The notes beneath the pieces were generated by a model, which ran no database searches, was not told the origin of the DNA, and saw only the letters and a program-made list of their open reading frames with translations. Below, piece after piece: positions 1-12,932 of a stretch of 47,118 nucleotides of DNA. Location: positions 105,100 through 152,217 of the forward strand of contig NW_005434548.1 of the NCBI RefSeq assembly GCF_000315625.1. The letters are read 5' to 3'. The position numbers and the translations under genes are program-made. Numbering within the stretch: the stretch's first letter is position 1; each line of letters begins with the position of its first letter. The stretch is from Guillardia theta CCMP2712 (Eukaryota; Protista; Cryptophyta).

Positions 1-596
1 AGAGAGAGGGGAGAGAAGCGAGGAAACATGAAGAAGAGAGTGTCAGCGAGGGAGGGAGAGATGGAGGGAGTAAGTAGAGCAAACAAACATGTACGGCAGG
101 CTATCACTGAGGTAACAGGTATTGTTGGATGATACGTGAGAAGAACGTAGAGCAGGCGATGGTCACGATACTGAGGAGCAGCCATGGCTAAGAGGTCTGA
201 CGAGATTCGTCGTCCCCCTCACTCCCTTACAGCTTCAGCGTTACCACAGGGCAAGCTTACAAGGAACTCGCGTCCCAACGGCCCCTCAAAGGGATCGTTT
301 CGCTGAATTATGACCCCCGCGGGTTATCGATCGCGGTACCTTTGGATATCTTCCCGACCTCTTGGGTGAGGCTTACAGCGGTCATGCTGGCTTTCGATGC
401 GAAAGGACTCTTTTTCGAATCTGAAATAAAAAAGAGAATTTATTCTCGATGACCATTGGGAATAGTGGAAAGGAGGCGAAGTGCTACAAGAGAGTGCTAG
501 GGCGGAGGAGAGGGAGAAGGAGGCGGTAGGAGACGAGCAGAAAGATGGACGAGCGAAGAGCGGGAGAGCCAAGACAGGAGGAAGGGATCTCAAGCA

Positions 597-1371
597 ATGG
601 AGGCCAGGGGTGAGCATACGAGGAGGGGGTTGCAGGAGAGCCGCGTTCTGAGTTGCCAAGGACCAACAAGATGGTAACATGGGAGGGGGAGGGGCGACTG
701 ACTGTGATGGCAGGAACTCTCAGATGTCGGAGCGCTTCTTGAGCATCTACCCGAGGAAGAAACAAGGAGAGACGAGCAGGAGCAGCAAGCTCGTACTGCA
801 GCGAGAAGACATCTTGCGTCTCCAACACCTCCGGCAGGACGAAGCCTCCAAGATCCTGGTGACCCCCGGCTCCCTTGCTGTGCATCGCGACCTGACTGGA
901 CGGATCCAGGGCATTTCCGTCACGGCCCTGAGGAACGCGGCGAGGCGACTTGGCATCAACAAGTGGCCGTACAACCCGTCAGATCCTTCTCGAAGAGGCA
1001 GCACTCCTCTCTCCGGAGCTGCTGTGCGGGATGCGGAAGGTCAGAGCGTGGAAGAAGGCGGGGAGGAAGAGCGAAGCTCCGACGCGATGCTGGTAGAGCA
1101 GAAGGAGGCGCTGATAGAGCAGGAGGACGCGTCAGCTGGAGGGTTGCGGGAGCTGGACGACGCTTCCTCTACACCTTCAAGTTCGAGTTACGTCAGCAAG
1201 CTGTCAGACCCCCACCAACTCTCCAGTTGTCATCACTCAGACATCCATGAAGCAATCACAATCTCTCCTCACTTCATGCGATGGTTTATGGAGAGAGACG
1301 ACGAGGACGAGGAGGAGTGTTCTTATCACCTGTACATAGTATCACAGCGTGCTGTTGCGATCTTGTGTTGA
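597..1371 (+). CDS. RWP-RK domain transcription factor
   Basis: Removing an in-frame 51-nt GT-AG intron (859-909) gives LQHLRQDEASKIL-GISVTALRNAARRLGINKWPY, matching the RWP-RK consensus, preceded by YPRKKQG. A probable 5' exon 597-673 and intron 674-713 are phase compatible. The start could instead be the ATG at 724. Confidence 0.85.
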
Positions 1372-2036
1372 CCAACTATGTTTCAGTTTCTGTTTCATTT
1401 AGGCGTTAACTAGCTTATGTTAATCTATCGGTTCCGCTAGGAAAGCTCGTTCAATTGGAACGACTCATAATACACGCGTTTCATCGCGCCCAACCCTCAT
1501 CAAAGTGCCTCACCCTGCCATGCAGCAAGAAACGCTTCCTCTCCCCCCTCCCTCTCGACCCCCCTACACGTGGAGCTGACTCTTCCTGTCCTCGCGATAT
1601 GTGCCTCCTGGTTATCGCGGATAGCCGAATCTCATCTGTGCCGGCACTTGACCCAGCGTAGCTGTGGGAGGCACGTAGTCAGCATGCGAGAAGCTGCTGC
1701 CGTAGAAGCCAGTCTGCCATCTTGAGTCAAACAATGAGCAAACGCCGGTGAGTCAAACCTGTCCATAGCCTCCTTGCACAAAGTGAGAGGTGGCGTAGTT
1801 GGGGGCAGTAGCAAACTGTGACGATCCCGACAGGAGCTGAGAGCTTCCTCCGAGGTGCAGGTGCTCGAAGCCTCCCGAGACAGTCAGGTAAGAGGAAACA
1901 ATCCGTCAAGCTCACCGGAGGAGTTGGTAGGATAGCTGCTGGGGAAGCCAGCGCTGAGTGATTGAATAGAAGCGCCTGCATGAGCGACAGGATGGAATGA
2001 GGCTGAACAAGTGTGAGGCTGGTGTTAGGAGGACTT

Positions 2037-4608
2037 TCACATGTCACCGCTCGACTGGACGGCTCGTCGTTTCGCAGATTTCCTAGAGATGTTGAAGGCA
2101 TGGCCTGCAGGCAAGGGATCAGTTACCCGCACCCTTGCACTGACATCATCACCTGCTGGTTCAGCCTCACCATCCACAAGCCACTTGGCCTTCTCCTCTT
2201 CAGACATCTGCCGCCAGAGTTCCCCGATCTTCCTCATGTTGTCCGCTTGCTTGCTGTCCGGCTCACGGATCTTGAACTCAGCCGTCATCGCCTTGACAAA
2301 CATCTGGTACGCCGACGGCCTGCAAGACTCTTCACAGACTGGCAACAACACTCAGGGCTCGATACCTCGTGATGTTCTTGTGAGTCACGAAGGTACTGGC
2401 TCCAGGGACCTTGGAGCCCTCTTCTCCGTCATACCTCCACTTCGATTTCTCCTCATTGGTCATAGAGCGCCACATTTCTCCAACCCTCTTCATGTGATCC
2501 CCCTGTTGGAAAACACCACTACTGTCACCGACCAAACAGCAAGTCGATGTTCATTCTCCATTGCACATTCACGTCAGATGCAACATTCAGCAATCGTTCA
2601 AAACAGCGCATTTCACCAATATGGTGCATTGCACTCTTCCTCCCTCCCTCCCTCTCCCTCTCCCTCTCCCTCTCCCTCCCTCTCTCTCTACCTGCTCCAT
2701 TTCTGCAGAGTTCATCTTGAGCCTCGCGTGCATGGAGCGAACAAACAGATTGTAGGCCGACAAAGTTCGATGAGTCCCCGCGATGGGGCCCTGGAGTCAT
2801 CAAGTAAGGAGGAGTAGCAGGCAGAACAAAGGACGAACGTGTCTTCCGAACGCATATCCCGAGTTTTGATGAATGTCCCGCACAGTCCTCGACTGCATCT
2901 CAAGCACTTGGGCATCTGTGGGATTGTATCTATCTCGGTCCTCCTGCGTCATCTGCCTCCACATCTCGCCGATCTTCCGCATGTTGTCTGCTTGTTTCGC
3001 ATCCGGATTCCGCGTCTTGAGATCGGCCGTCATGGCTCGCACGAACATCTGGTATGAAGAAGGTTTGATCATGGCCTTGGGGGGAACAAACGAGTTGGCT
3101 CCAGGAACCCGGGACCCCTCTTCCCCATCTGCCCTCCACTTTGCTCGTTCTTCGGCGGACATGTTCCGCCAAATCTCACCAGCTTTCTTCATGTGTTGCC
3201 CTTGATCAACCTCAGGATACTGCGCTTTGAGCTGCATGAGCATAGATCTTATGAACAAGTTGTAGGCCGACATTGACCTCGGCATCGCTTGAAAGTCCAT
3301 CAGAGCTTTTCGTCGTTTGTCCATTGCCATCCCATCCGCGTTTAGACCATAATTATCAAGCGTGTTGTGACTTGGTTCGGGAATCACTGCATACTTTTGT
3401 CGCTCTTCAGCTGACATGTTTCTCCACATCTCTCCGATCTGCTTCATGTTTTCTATCTGCGAGCTGCTCGGATTGTTTGCCTTCATTTGCGAAGTCATGG
3501 CCTTGACGAACATTTGATACGGAGACTGTTTAGATGAAGCTTTGTGTGCTATGAATGTACTAGCACCTGGAACCCTTGATCCCTCCTCTCCGTCCGCCCT
3601 CCACTTGGCCCGTTCATCTGCCGGCATCGACCTCCACATCTCCCCGACTCTCTTCATGTACTCACCCTGATCGAGGTCAGGATGCTCAGCCTTCAGCTGC
3701 GCGTGCATGGACCTGACAAACAGATTGTATGCTGACAATGTGCGCTGGATCCCTCCTGGTCTGAAGAACCTCCCTTGCCTGCCTGACATGGGTATGAGGC
3801 CGCCATTGCTGAATACAGGGTTCATAGATCCCGAAGCAGCCCGGGATCCAGCCTTGATCTGCATATCATGTACTTGCTGTGGTGTTGGAGCAAACCTCTC
3901 TCGTTCTTCTTGCGGCATCTGCCTCCAGAGTTCCCCGATCTTCCTCATGTTGTCCGCTTGCTTGCTGTCCGGTTCCCTGTTCTTGAACTCAGCCGTCATC
4001 GCCTTGACAAACATCTGGTACGAGGAGGGTTTGACAACATTCCTATGTGAAACGAAAGAGATGGCGCCTGGAATCCTCGAACCTTCCTCCCCGTCTGCCC
4101 TCCATTTCGCCTTGTCTTCAGCTGACATGGACCTCCATAGCTCTCCTACCTTCTTGATCAGATCTCCCTGATCTAGCTCCGGGTGCTGCAGCCTGAGCTG
4201 TTGGAGGACAGCCTTTACGAAGAGGTTGTAAGGAGACAGCATCCTAGGAACACCTTCCAGGTACTGCACTGACCCCCTGTCCCTCCTCTTCCGCTTCCTC
4301 TGACTCAAAGGATCCACCCCGAAGCCAGGGGGCTGAGCGCTCCAGATTGGATTCTGGGTGTAGCCATATCCTCCTGGAGGACCCAGGTCGAAGGAGGAGT
4401 TCGCAGCCGGGGTGTATCTGTCTCGCTCCTCCTGAGGCATGCTCCTCCACAGCTCACCAATCTTCCGCATGTTGTCTGCCTGCTTACTGTCCGGGTTCCT
4501 TGCCTTCATATCCGATGTCATGGCCTTAACAAACATCTGGTAAGAAGACGTCTTGGGCATGTTCCGGTACTGATAGATCGGGTTCGACGAGTTCATGCGG
4601 GAGTTCAT
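2037..4608 (-). CDS. Tandem multi-HMG-box protein (9 short HMG/YABBY-like boxes)
   Basis: Repeats S(S/A/P)Y(Q/N)(M/L)F(V/I)...(I/V/A)GE(L/M/I)WRxMxxEE(R/K)xx(Y/W/F). Seven boxes lie in the 4608-2839 exon and two more follow introns 2791-2838, 2503-2691 and 2320-2365, all GT-AG and frame-consistent. Confidence 0.9.
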
Positions 4609-5244
4609 GGTGGGAGAAAGTGCTCTCCTGGCTGTTGATGTCTATCCTTGTTGCCACAAGCTCATCCTGATCGCCGCTCCTTCAAATCAACGTCTTTCGT
4701 GGTTGCAACCTGCTTCCATGACAACTCAGAACAAATATAAAGCATGCAATATCTTGTGGAAAATTTTCAGTTGAGAAGATTTTCCGACTTGAAAAATCCC
4801 ATGCTCACTACAGACCAACCTTTGTTCACTATCGCCCTCAGGGATGAAGATCTCTTGAACATTCGTACATTCTTGCTCTTCTCCCTCACTTCAATCTACA
4901 TTCAATTCAAAATCTTTCTCTTCTCCCATCTGTGTCTTGTTATATTGTCGTATCAGGCTTGTCCTGCCCTGCCCCTATCAGCTCTGCCGTAACATGGCAT
5001 TTCTTGCTGTTTGTCGCTGCTGGCTTCATCTTTTGGACAGCATGGTGACATCAATTCTGCTCTGCTCTGCTCTGCTCAAGCTGTTAAATTCTCTTGACTT
5101 CACGTTCATCTTATCATCTCATCGCGTTCTTCTTCTTCATCTCCCCCCTCCTCTCCCTCTTTCCTTTTCCCCTTCGGACATTTCAGGTGCTGCGCGGCAG
5201 CCACATCTTATTGGGGGTGGGGTCCATAATCATTTGTTAAATCG

Positions 5245-5990
5245 CTAGGTAGGGGTCACTACCCCACCCCCAAATATTTCATTAATTCACCACTAACCCC
5301 TGGTTCTGACCAGAAGTTAAATGTTGTCTGGGTACTGATCGAATGCACCCGTGTACTCACCACCCCTGACATTATAAATGCTTTGGACCCCCTGATACCA
5401 AGACCGTTGCTCCACCCTCCACCCCACCTCCTTTCCTCCTACAACCAACCCTGCATGTCTTCGAGCAGTGTTCAAATATACCCCTTCTTTTTACTGCAAA
5501 GTACCCACCCTGGCTGTTGATCAGGAACTCCCAAAGTTATGATGCACCCCCATTACCCCAGTACCCCACCCTATAGGTTTCCATCTTTTTGGATAAGAAT
5601 TACTCAACAATTCTACAATCGGATAAAACATGATATATATATTTTCAATAAGTATTTTAATATATATATAACTTTATTTATCATAGTATCAATCATACGG
5701 ATGTGTGAAATTTATGTACCAAGGACTTTGTCGATGTTGTACTAGAATTCAAATCTTCGTACAGATTTTGATCCGACCAAAAAAAACAAACCCTTCATGC
5801 CATTTTAAAACCACCCACCCTGGCAATACAGCATTATTCCCTGGGAAATCCAGGGGTGATACTTCAAGCACCCCGGGCTGTTCTTTTCCAAAGTCACCGG
5901 GCCTGGGGGGTCGGCCCGTTTGCACCGCCCGGAAACCCAACAATCCGGGCCCGCCTCTGGTAAAACAATTGCAACGGTCTGTAACGGCCA
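5245..5990. promoter_or_regulatory. Divergent intergenic module (ACCC-rich block, AT-rich core, short CCGG-rich block)
   Basis: Lies between head-to-head HMG and RPL18 genes. About 14 ACCC motifs in 5260-5570 (manual count), AT-rich 5600-5800, GC-rich 5890-5960. Function inferred from position. Confidence 0.45.
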
Positions 5991-6040
5991 AAGGGAGGTT
6001 AAAAAAAAAACGAGACGCGCGTGCGAAGGTAGCGGGAGCC

Positions 6041-7417
6041 ATGGTGAGCGCGTGCGAAGATGGACGATGAGGAGGAGGAGGGGGCGAGGAGAGGATGGGG
6101 GCATGCGCGCATGAGAGAAGCGATGATGTCATGAAGAAGATGCGAGGAAGTTTGTGTGATGGATCACTGGAAGTTCGGGATGGTGATGCTGCTGCACAAG
6201 TTGCTGTGGTTGTCGATCATGTGGTGTCTTCTATGCTGCTGTGACTGCACTGGGGTCCTGATGCCTGTGAAACTCTGCGAAGACGTTTGATTGGAATGCT
6301 ATGATGCGGGGAGTTGTGATTGGTGCTCTTGTGGCATGTAAATGGGAATGTATCACCCACGTGTCTTTCGAGTTGGCATGTTGGAAGTGAATAACGTATG
6401 AAGTGATGCGGGCGAGAAGTCTATTTCTTGTGATGGACGGATTAGAAATCTATGAGTGTGGTCTTTGACGTGTACTTCCCACGTGTGTTGTGTACGTGTG
6501 TTGGGTTTACCTGTGAAATGCTCTGCCGGCTGGGTTGCGTGAAAGACTCTTTATCATTCTTCTGACTCTCCTGCGTCTTCAGGGTTTCGACAAGGGTATT
6601 CAGTCTGCGGGTAAGGCCAAGACCAGGTTCAGGAAGGAGCCTAAGTCCGAGAATGTGTACATCAAGCTGCTTGTTAAGGTACTTGACTGTTGGCTCCCCA
6701 GCGCTTACCTGAGACCTCCCTGTTGTCGCTGTATACTTTTCATTGTGCTCTCTAGATCAGTTGATAGTAGTTGAGCCATATTTTCTTCTCACCTACTCCA
6801 TCTTCACCTCTGCCTGTTCTCGCTCACTTGCGATCCGTTGTAATTCTCTGTCGTCTTGACGATGATGCTGTCCCCTCGACCGTCTCCTCCTCCTGCTGCT
6901 CCTCCTCAATACGCTCGCTGAAAGTATCCTGCAGCTCTACCGGTTCCTCGCTCGCAGGACCGAGTCAAAGTTCAACGCTGTCATCTTGAAGCGCCTCTTC
7001 ATGAGCCGCGCCAACCGTCCTCCCCTCTCCGTTTCCCGGCTCGCCAAGTTCATGAAGGGCAAGCAGGGCAAGGTTGCTGTGGTGGTCGGAACCATCACCG
7101 ACGACATCCGTTTCTTCCAGGACAACGACCTCAAGCTCACCGTCTGCTGCCTCCGTATCACCGACAGGGCCCGTGCTCGCATCACCGCCGCTGGAGGAGA
7201 GGTCATCACCTTCGACCAGCTCGCCCTCCGCGCCCCCACCGGCTCCAACTGCGTCCTCCTCCGTGGACCCCTCAAGGCCCGTGAGGTCTACAAGCACTTC
7301 GGCAAGGCTCCTGGTGTGCCCCACAGCTCCACCAAGCCCTACACGCGCAACTCTGAGAAGAGCCGCAAGTTCGAGAGCGCACGTGGACGCAGAGGAAGCT
7401 GCGGGTTTAAGGTGTAA
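6041..7417 (+). CDS. RPL18: 60S ribosomal protein L18 (eL18)
   Basis: Exons 6041-6043 (ATG), 6583-6678 and 6935-7417 give MGFDKG...[48 protein letters not shown]...[11 protein letters not shown]...[16 protein letters not shown]. Confidence 0.97.
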
Positions 7418-7949
7418 GGGGATAGCAGTTGAGAGAATACAAGAAGCTGAAAAACTTGACGTGAGTGCCGTTCGAGCGTTGTTTAGTCTGAAATCGTTAC
7501 ACACATCTTCATACATTTACACCCATTCCCACCTTCTCCCCGTCTGCCTGCTCTTCCTCCTCCCACCCCTCTCTGCGTCCTAGTGAGCGGAAAAGCTCGT
7601 TCTCGATAGCATGTAAGCAAACATGAAGGTCGAGACGAGGAGTAGAGCATTCACGAGTGCCTGCGTTGCGTCTTGCCAGTTGACCTGCAAGCAGTCACGT
7701 GCAGTCGCGCAGGGAGGAAGGGAGCACCAGCAGCGAGACGCAGAGGATGATGGAGGCGGTAGGAGCTGCTGTCCTGCTGCAAGCGTGAGAGGATGCGAGG
7801 GAGAAACGATGCTAATGTGGAGGAGAGATCAAGCAGAAGCGGAAGGTAATAGTGGGAGGAAATAGGGGAGTAAGGCAGAGAAGAACGAGAGGGAGGGAGG
7901 AGAGGAGGAGGTGGAGGAGGAGGTCAAAAGTCATACCACCGCACGTTGG

Positions 7950-10223
7950 TCAAGGATAAGCTGTAGGAAGGAAGGGAGGGCAGTCGGTCGGCCACGAGCT
8001 GGAAGAGGAGGAGGGACCCCTCACGAGTGACAGAGACGGCAAGCTCACGGACAAGGGAACGCACTTGAGAGTTCTCAGCCAACCTGCAGGTGTGCCAGAG
8101 TGACGTGGGGGCAGGAGGAGGGAGACGGGAAGTGGAAGAGGAAGTGTTGGTGAGAACGACAAGGGAATCAACTATGGCGAAGTGATCGTGAGGGAGGATG
8201 GGGGAGAGGAGGGAGAGGGGGGAGAGGAGGAGGACAAGGAAGTGCATGGAGAGGGATGTCCTGACCTTATAATGAGCTGGAGAGTCCCGTCAGACTGAGA
8301 GCTTGAGGAGAGCTCCGAGGCATCCGGATCTTCAGCTGGAGGAGACTTGGAGGAGAGCAGGGATGGGTTCTGTTCCGTCACGTCGTTGAGATGATGCTCG
8401 TCGAGCGCAGAGTGCTCTAGGGTGAAGGAGGGAGGAGATTTGGCTTCCTCAAGGCTCATGTCCGCCATCCTCGCCCTCCCACCTCGGCTCCGGCTCTTCG
8501 CCCCTCCTTGCTTGCTGCTCCACAGCTGCAGGAGAACCTCCCCAGCTGACCTGCTCGAGTCCCGCATGACCTCTTGAATCAGCTTCCTCGCTGCTGGTCC
8601 CGCCTGCTCATCTGAGATCCAGAGGAGGACAGTCTCCAACGCTGTCGCTCGTCCTTCGCCTCCTCCTCCTCCCTCTGCAATCACTCGGTCCAGGATCATC
8701 GGCAGCATCTCCTTGGACGAGGACGAGATGACCCGCTCGAGGGTGGAGGAGACGAACTCTTGTCCTCGAGGTGACAGCAGCTTCTCGAGCACTAGCTCCA
8801 GCCCTGCCATGTCGTCTCCCCTCGGCCTCCTGCTGGGCTCCTGCTGCATCCACTCCCCCGAGCGATGAGCACCGGCGCTGCCTGGCCGCATACCCATCGC
8901 GTCCTCTCTCACGATCTCCTCCCGCGCCCGGGATAGCGGAGAATCATCAGCCCTTGCTCTGCCTGCAGCAGAGAGAAGATCAAGGGTTATCTCCCCTCCC
9001 TCCAGCTCCCCCCTTGCCCTCCCTCCCCCATCCTGCTCCTCCTCCTTCTCCCTCGCCGCAAAGCACTGCCTCTCCAACTGTAAGAGACTAGCGACGCGAT
9101 CCCCTCCCTCCCTCCCCCCCTTCTCGGAGGAAAGGTACGCCATCAGGACATCCCGGGACAGCACGCGGAGGACAGCGACCGAGTATTCTCTTCCCTCCTC
9201 GCTCATGAGCTTGTCCAGCACCGCATGTATCAGGTCCTGTCCTCCTTCCTTCCTGTGCTCCTCGTCGTATCGTTTCGCCGCAAAGAAAGCCGACAGCAGC
9301 CCGTGTGCTGTGCCATGTAGCGTCTGCTGTACCTCCTTGCTCGATAGGAGCAGGATCAGGCGGCGCCTGATGCGGCACATACACAAGTCAGACAATCAAG
9401 TCAAGATAAGAAGGACAAGGAAATCAGGAGGAGTGTGGAAGGAATGGATAGACAGTGGGAGCGGGTATGGGAGTAGGAAGGAGAGAGGAAGAGAGAGAGG
9501 TGGGGGAACAGGAGGAGGAGGGGGAGGTGGAGGGGGAGGAGGGAGGGAGGGAGGGGAGGGGAGGGGAGGGGAGGGGAGGGGAGGGAGGGAGGGAGGGAGG
9601 GAGGGAGGGAGGGAGGGAGGGAGGGAGGGANNNNNNNNNNNNNNNNNNNNNNNNNNNNNNNNNNNNNNNNNNNNNNNNNNNNNNNNNNNNNNNNNNNNNN
9701 NNNNNNNNNNNNNNNNNNNNNNNNNNNNNNGGGAGGGGAGGGGAGGGGAGGGGAGGGGAGGGGAGGGGAGGGGAGGGGGGGAGGGAGGGAGGGAGGGAAG
9801 GGCGCCCACAAGCTCTCAGGGGTTCTCTGCTTGTCCCCGTAGATGTAGTCCCTAAGGTCTTTGGCTAGGCCGGAGGCAAGAGAGCTGCTACTGAAGAGAA
9901 GGTCGTTGATGTTCCTTGCAACCCGATGGAAGTTGTTGACTCCTGTCCGCAGCGACTCCAAGATTTGCTTCCTCCTCCTGCCATCACATCAGACCTGTGC
10001 CATCTGAAGGAGGGGGAGGAGGGAGAAGGTGGACGAAAAATGTGGAAAAAGGAGTAGCAAGGGGTGGGGAGAAGGGAGTGACGGGGGGAGAGGGTCGCTG
10101 CTGCTACCGATAGACGAAGCCGATGAGAGCTATCGAGAGAGCAGCAAGGAGAGCTCGGAGGACATTCCTCACATTTCGCCTCGCCAGGCTCATGATCTGC
10201 GCCCGCGCCCTTACTTGCATCAT
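7950..10223 (-). CDS. PP2-A10-like (phloem protein 2-like A10 family) membrane-anchored protein; ends approximate
   Basis: N-terminal hydrophobic segment (LLAALSIALIGFVYR), then AKDLRDYIYGDKQRTPESL, LLLSSKEVQQTL and HAVLDKLMSEEGREYSVAV. These resemble, from memory, the DLxxFLxSDxxxIPxSL and VxDKLFSxxGxGF motifs of plant PP2-A10. Spans an N gap inside an intron. Confidence 0.55.
9631..9730. other. Assembly gap (100 N) within a (GGGA)/(GGGGA) simple repeat
   Basis: N run flanked by purine microsatellite. Confidence 0.99.
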
Positions 10224-10559
10224 GACTTGCTGCAGACTGAAGGTAAGTGTATATGAGGATGATGAGAGGAGTACTGTAAAGTTACGCATGCAAGAACATC
10301 AAAATCCTCATTTGCTCCCCCATCGGGTTTTGTAAAAAAGTTCCACCAACAGAGCCAGAGATTGTGCAAATGATGTTGTTGTGGGACTGAACATCCTACC
10401 TTGACGCCTAATCACAATGCAACATGTCAATCTGTGCTGGCTATCATGGTAACTAGATGCTGAGCATCACAGATAGTCGATTGTTTCTTACTCCTTGCTT
10501 CTCTACCTCATCAACCATACCTCTATCCCTCCTGCCCTCCCGCCCTCTCTCCCATTTTT

Positions 10560-10980
10560 TCATTCGTATCAACAAGACACGAGTAACGTACTTGGACCCG
10601 AATAACGGCTGAAAATATTGTATATCATAAATAGATATTGTCTGGTACAGTATCTACAAAAATAGTTCTTTTATGCGTACAAATAAAACATAAAAAACAA
10701 ATTTAAAACATAAAAACTATTTTATAAAAGGGCCCTCGTACAACTGACTGCTGGGGCGTAACCAGGAAGATGGAGAACCAAGAATGAGTATCAAGGGGTC
10801 ATGGCTACTCTCTGTCTGAGTACCGGTGGGTACTCCACATTCAGGGATACAAGGGGGTTGTCTCAATGAATATTCATGGGTAGGGTACTGAAGGAGGGTT
10901 GTGGAAGAGGGGTGCCGACAGGGTTGGGTACTCCAATGTGGGTAGGGTCGTGAAGCTCTATTCGTGGGACAAACCAGCAC
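10560..10980. promoter_or_regulatory. Divergent intergenic module (AT-rich core plus GGGT-rich block)
   Basis: AT-rich 10600-10730, then repeated GGGT on the + strand 10790-10950, upstream of a + strand gene. Confidence 0.4.
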
Positions 10981-11231
10981 AAACAAACATGTGAGCGCGA
11001 GGAGGAGGTGGAAGGGAGGGGAGGAGGAGGAGGAGGAGGAGGAGGAGGAAAGGAGGGGGGAAAGAGGGAGAGAAGGAGGGGAATGAGTGGGGGTAGAAAG
11101 AGGGGTGGGGGAACAGAAGATTTGTGTATGTGTGGAGGAGATGGAAGACAGAAGAAGTTATTGGAAGAAGAATTCAGCGAAGAGAATGCAGGTGGGAGCT
11201 TGGGTAATCACAGAAACAAGCGCTGAGAAGA

Positions 11232-12520
11232 ATGCAGCGGAAGGATGTTGAATCTTGCGCGGAGAGCATGGGAGGAGGAGAAAAGGGGGGCGGAATACGG
11301 GAGCTTCTGACCGAGATGGGTGTACCAGGTTCTCTGATCTGAAGGAGTACCATGAGTTGAGGTCTTCGATGAGTCAAGGAGCTCTTGGTCGAATCCTCGT
11401 CCTCTGATATCCCGAAGGCTGATGGTGCCACAGGGGCTCCTCGCATCTTCACCTCGCTCGGAGAGTTTATTGGCTCCATCGGGGTTGAAGGTTCTGTCCT
11501 CCTCCGCCTCTGGCCCAACCCCCCCACCCCCCTTCATTATCATCGTCGTCGTCGTCGTCGTCGTCGTCGTCATCATCATCATCATTATCATCATCGCCAT
11601 CGTCATCATCATCATCTCCATTGTATCATCATCATCATCATCTCCATTGTATCACCATCATCTCCATTATATCATCGTCGTCGTCGCCTTCCATTCCCCC
11701 CTTTCCTTGTGTTCCTGTCCTTATTCAACTCGTTCGTCACCAACAATACCATTCTCTCATCTTTTCACCCTACTTGCCTTCCTGTTGCTGCTTCCATCGC
11801 TGTTTATTCCCCTCCCCTCCTCCTAACGTTTCCTTCCTTGCCTTTCACTCCTCCTTGTCTTGTTCTGCAGTCCTCAGCAATGAGCTTCTGCACAGGAGGC
11901 CAAGGGACGAGTGACGCTATCTTCGGGTCTTATGATGACCATGAGCAGGTTTTCCGTCCTCTTCTTTCTCTTCCCTTTCTGTCTGTCGACTTGTCACTCT
12001 CTCATCTCCTCTATCGTTCTCCGCAGTATCTCCCCCATCCTTGTTTCCCCTCCTCCCTTGCTCAGTCGTGTCTTTTCCCTGCCCCTCCTTCCCTCCCCTG
12101 CTCTTACTCTCTCTCTCTCTCAACTCTCGCAGTACGGTCTGCTCGGACCGCAGGACTACGGCCCTGGCAACGGAGGATTCGTCAGCGAGACCATGGGCGA
12201 CCTTTGGGTGACTGAAGCCAAATGTCCCTCCCATCCTTGCCTTCGTTTCCACTACTCCCTTCCTCCTTCCCGTCTCCTCCCTCACTATGAGCGTTTCGCT
12301 CCTTTGCTCGTCTTCCTCCTTACCATTTCTCCTCACACCAATCCAAGGTCCCCGCAATCTCCCTTCATTCGTTTTCAGCTTCTCTGTACGCCCGATTCTC
12401 ACTCTCTTCTCCCTACTCCATCTTCACCTCCCCCCCACCTCAACCACCACCACCCGTTCTCATTTTTGCACGCAGAACCCGTAAGCAAGCTAGCGCCAGA
12501 TGTCAGTCATGCAGTTAAGA
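11232..12520 (+). CDS. Hypothetical small multi-exon protein; ends uncertain
   Basis: Phase-0 exons bounded by CAG/GT at 11871-11948 (SSAMSFCTGGQGTSDAIFGSYDDHEQ) and 12133-12207 (YGLLGPQDYGPGNGGFVSETMGDLW), separated by pyrimidine-rich introns. No family recognised. Confidence 0.4.
11536..11690. repeat. (CGT)n/(CAT)n trinucleotide microsatellite, probably intronic
   Basis: Directly visible runs; they explain the poly-H, poly-V and poly-I ORFs. Confidence 0.85.
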
Positions 12521-12932
12521 CGTTAGTTGTACAGTACAAGTGACTGATAGCCAGCTTCCCACTCCCTTGACATGCCAACTTTTCTCTCCAGCCTTCCTAG
12601 TACCGCACCCCTTCTGCTTCTTTCCATCCTTTCTCTTGTCCCATCGGCAAGCTTGACCATCCGTTTCTCAATCGGTTTAAGAAAAAGAGAAAGTTCATCG
12701 TTATTAAAACAATATGTTCGCATCTCCCGTATCCATACAGATAGTGCAACTTGAACAAAAGTCTACAAAGCACATCTCATCCACATCCTCCTTCAACATC
12801 AGCAAGGTCCGCACGATCAGCATGCAGCCAAAAAAAAATCAGATACAAATCACTGACACCCCATCTTCCCTTCCTTCATCGTCTTGATCTACGCTGCCCC
12901 TTGCGCATTCACATCTCCTCCTCTCCCACGTG

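Noticed and set aside
6937-7583. Overlapping antisense and alternate-frame ORFs over RPL18
   Set aside because: Shadow ORFs caused by strong codon bias.
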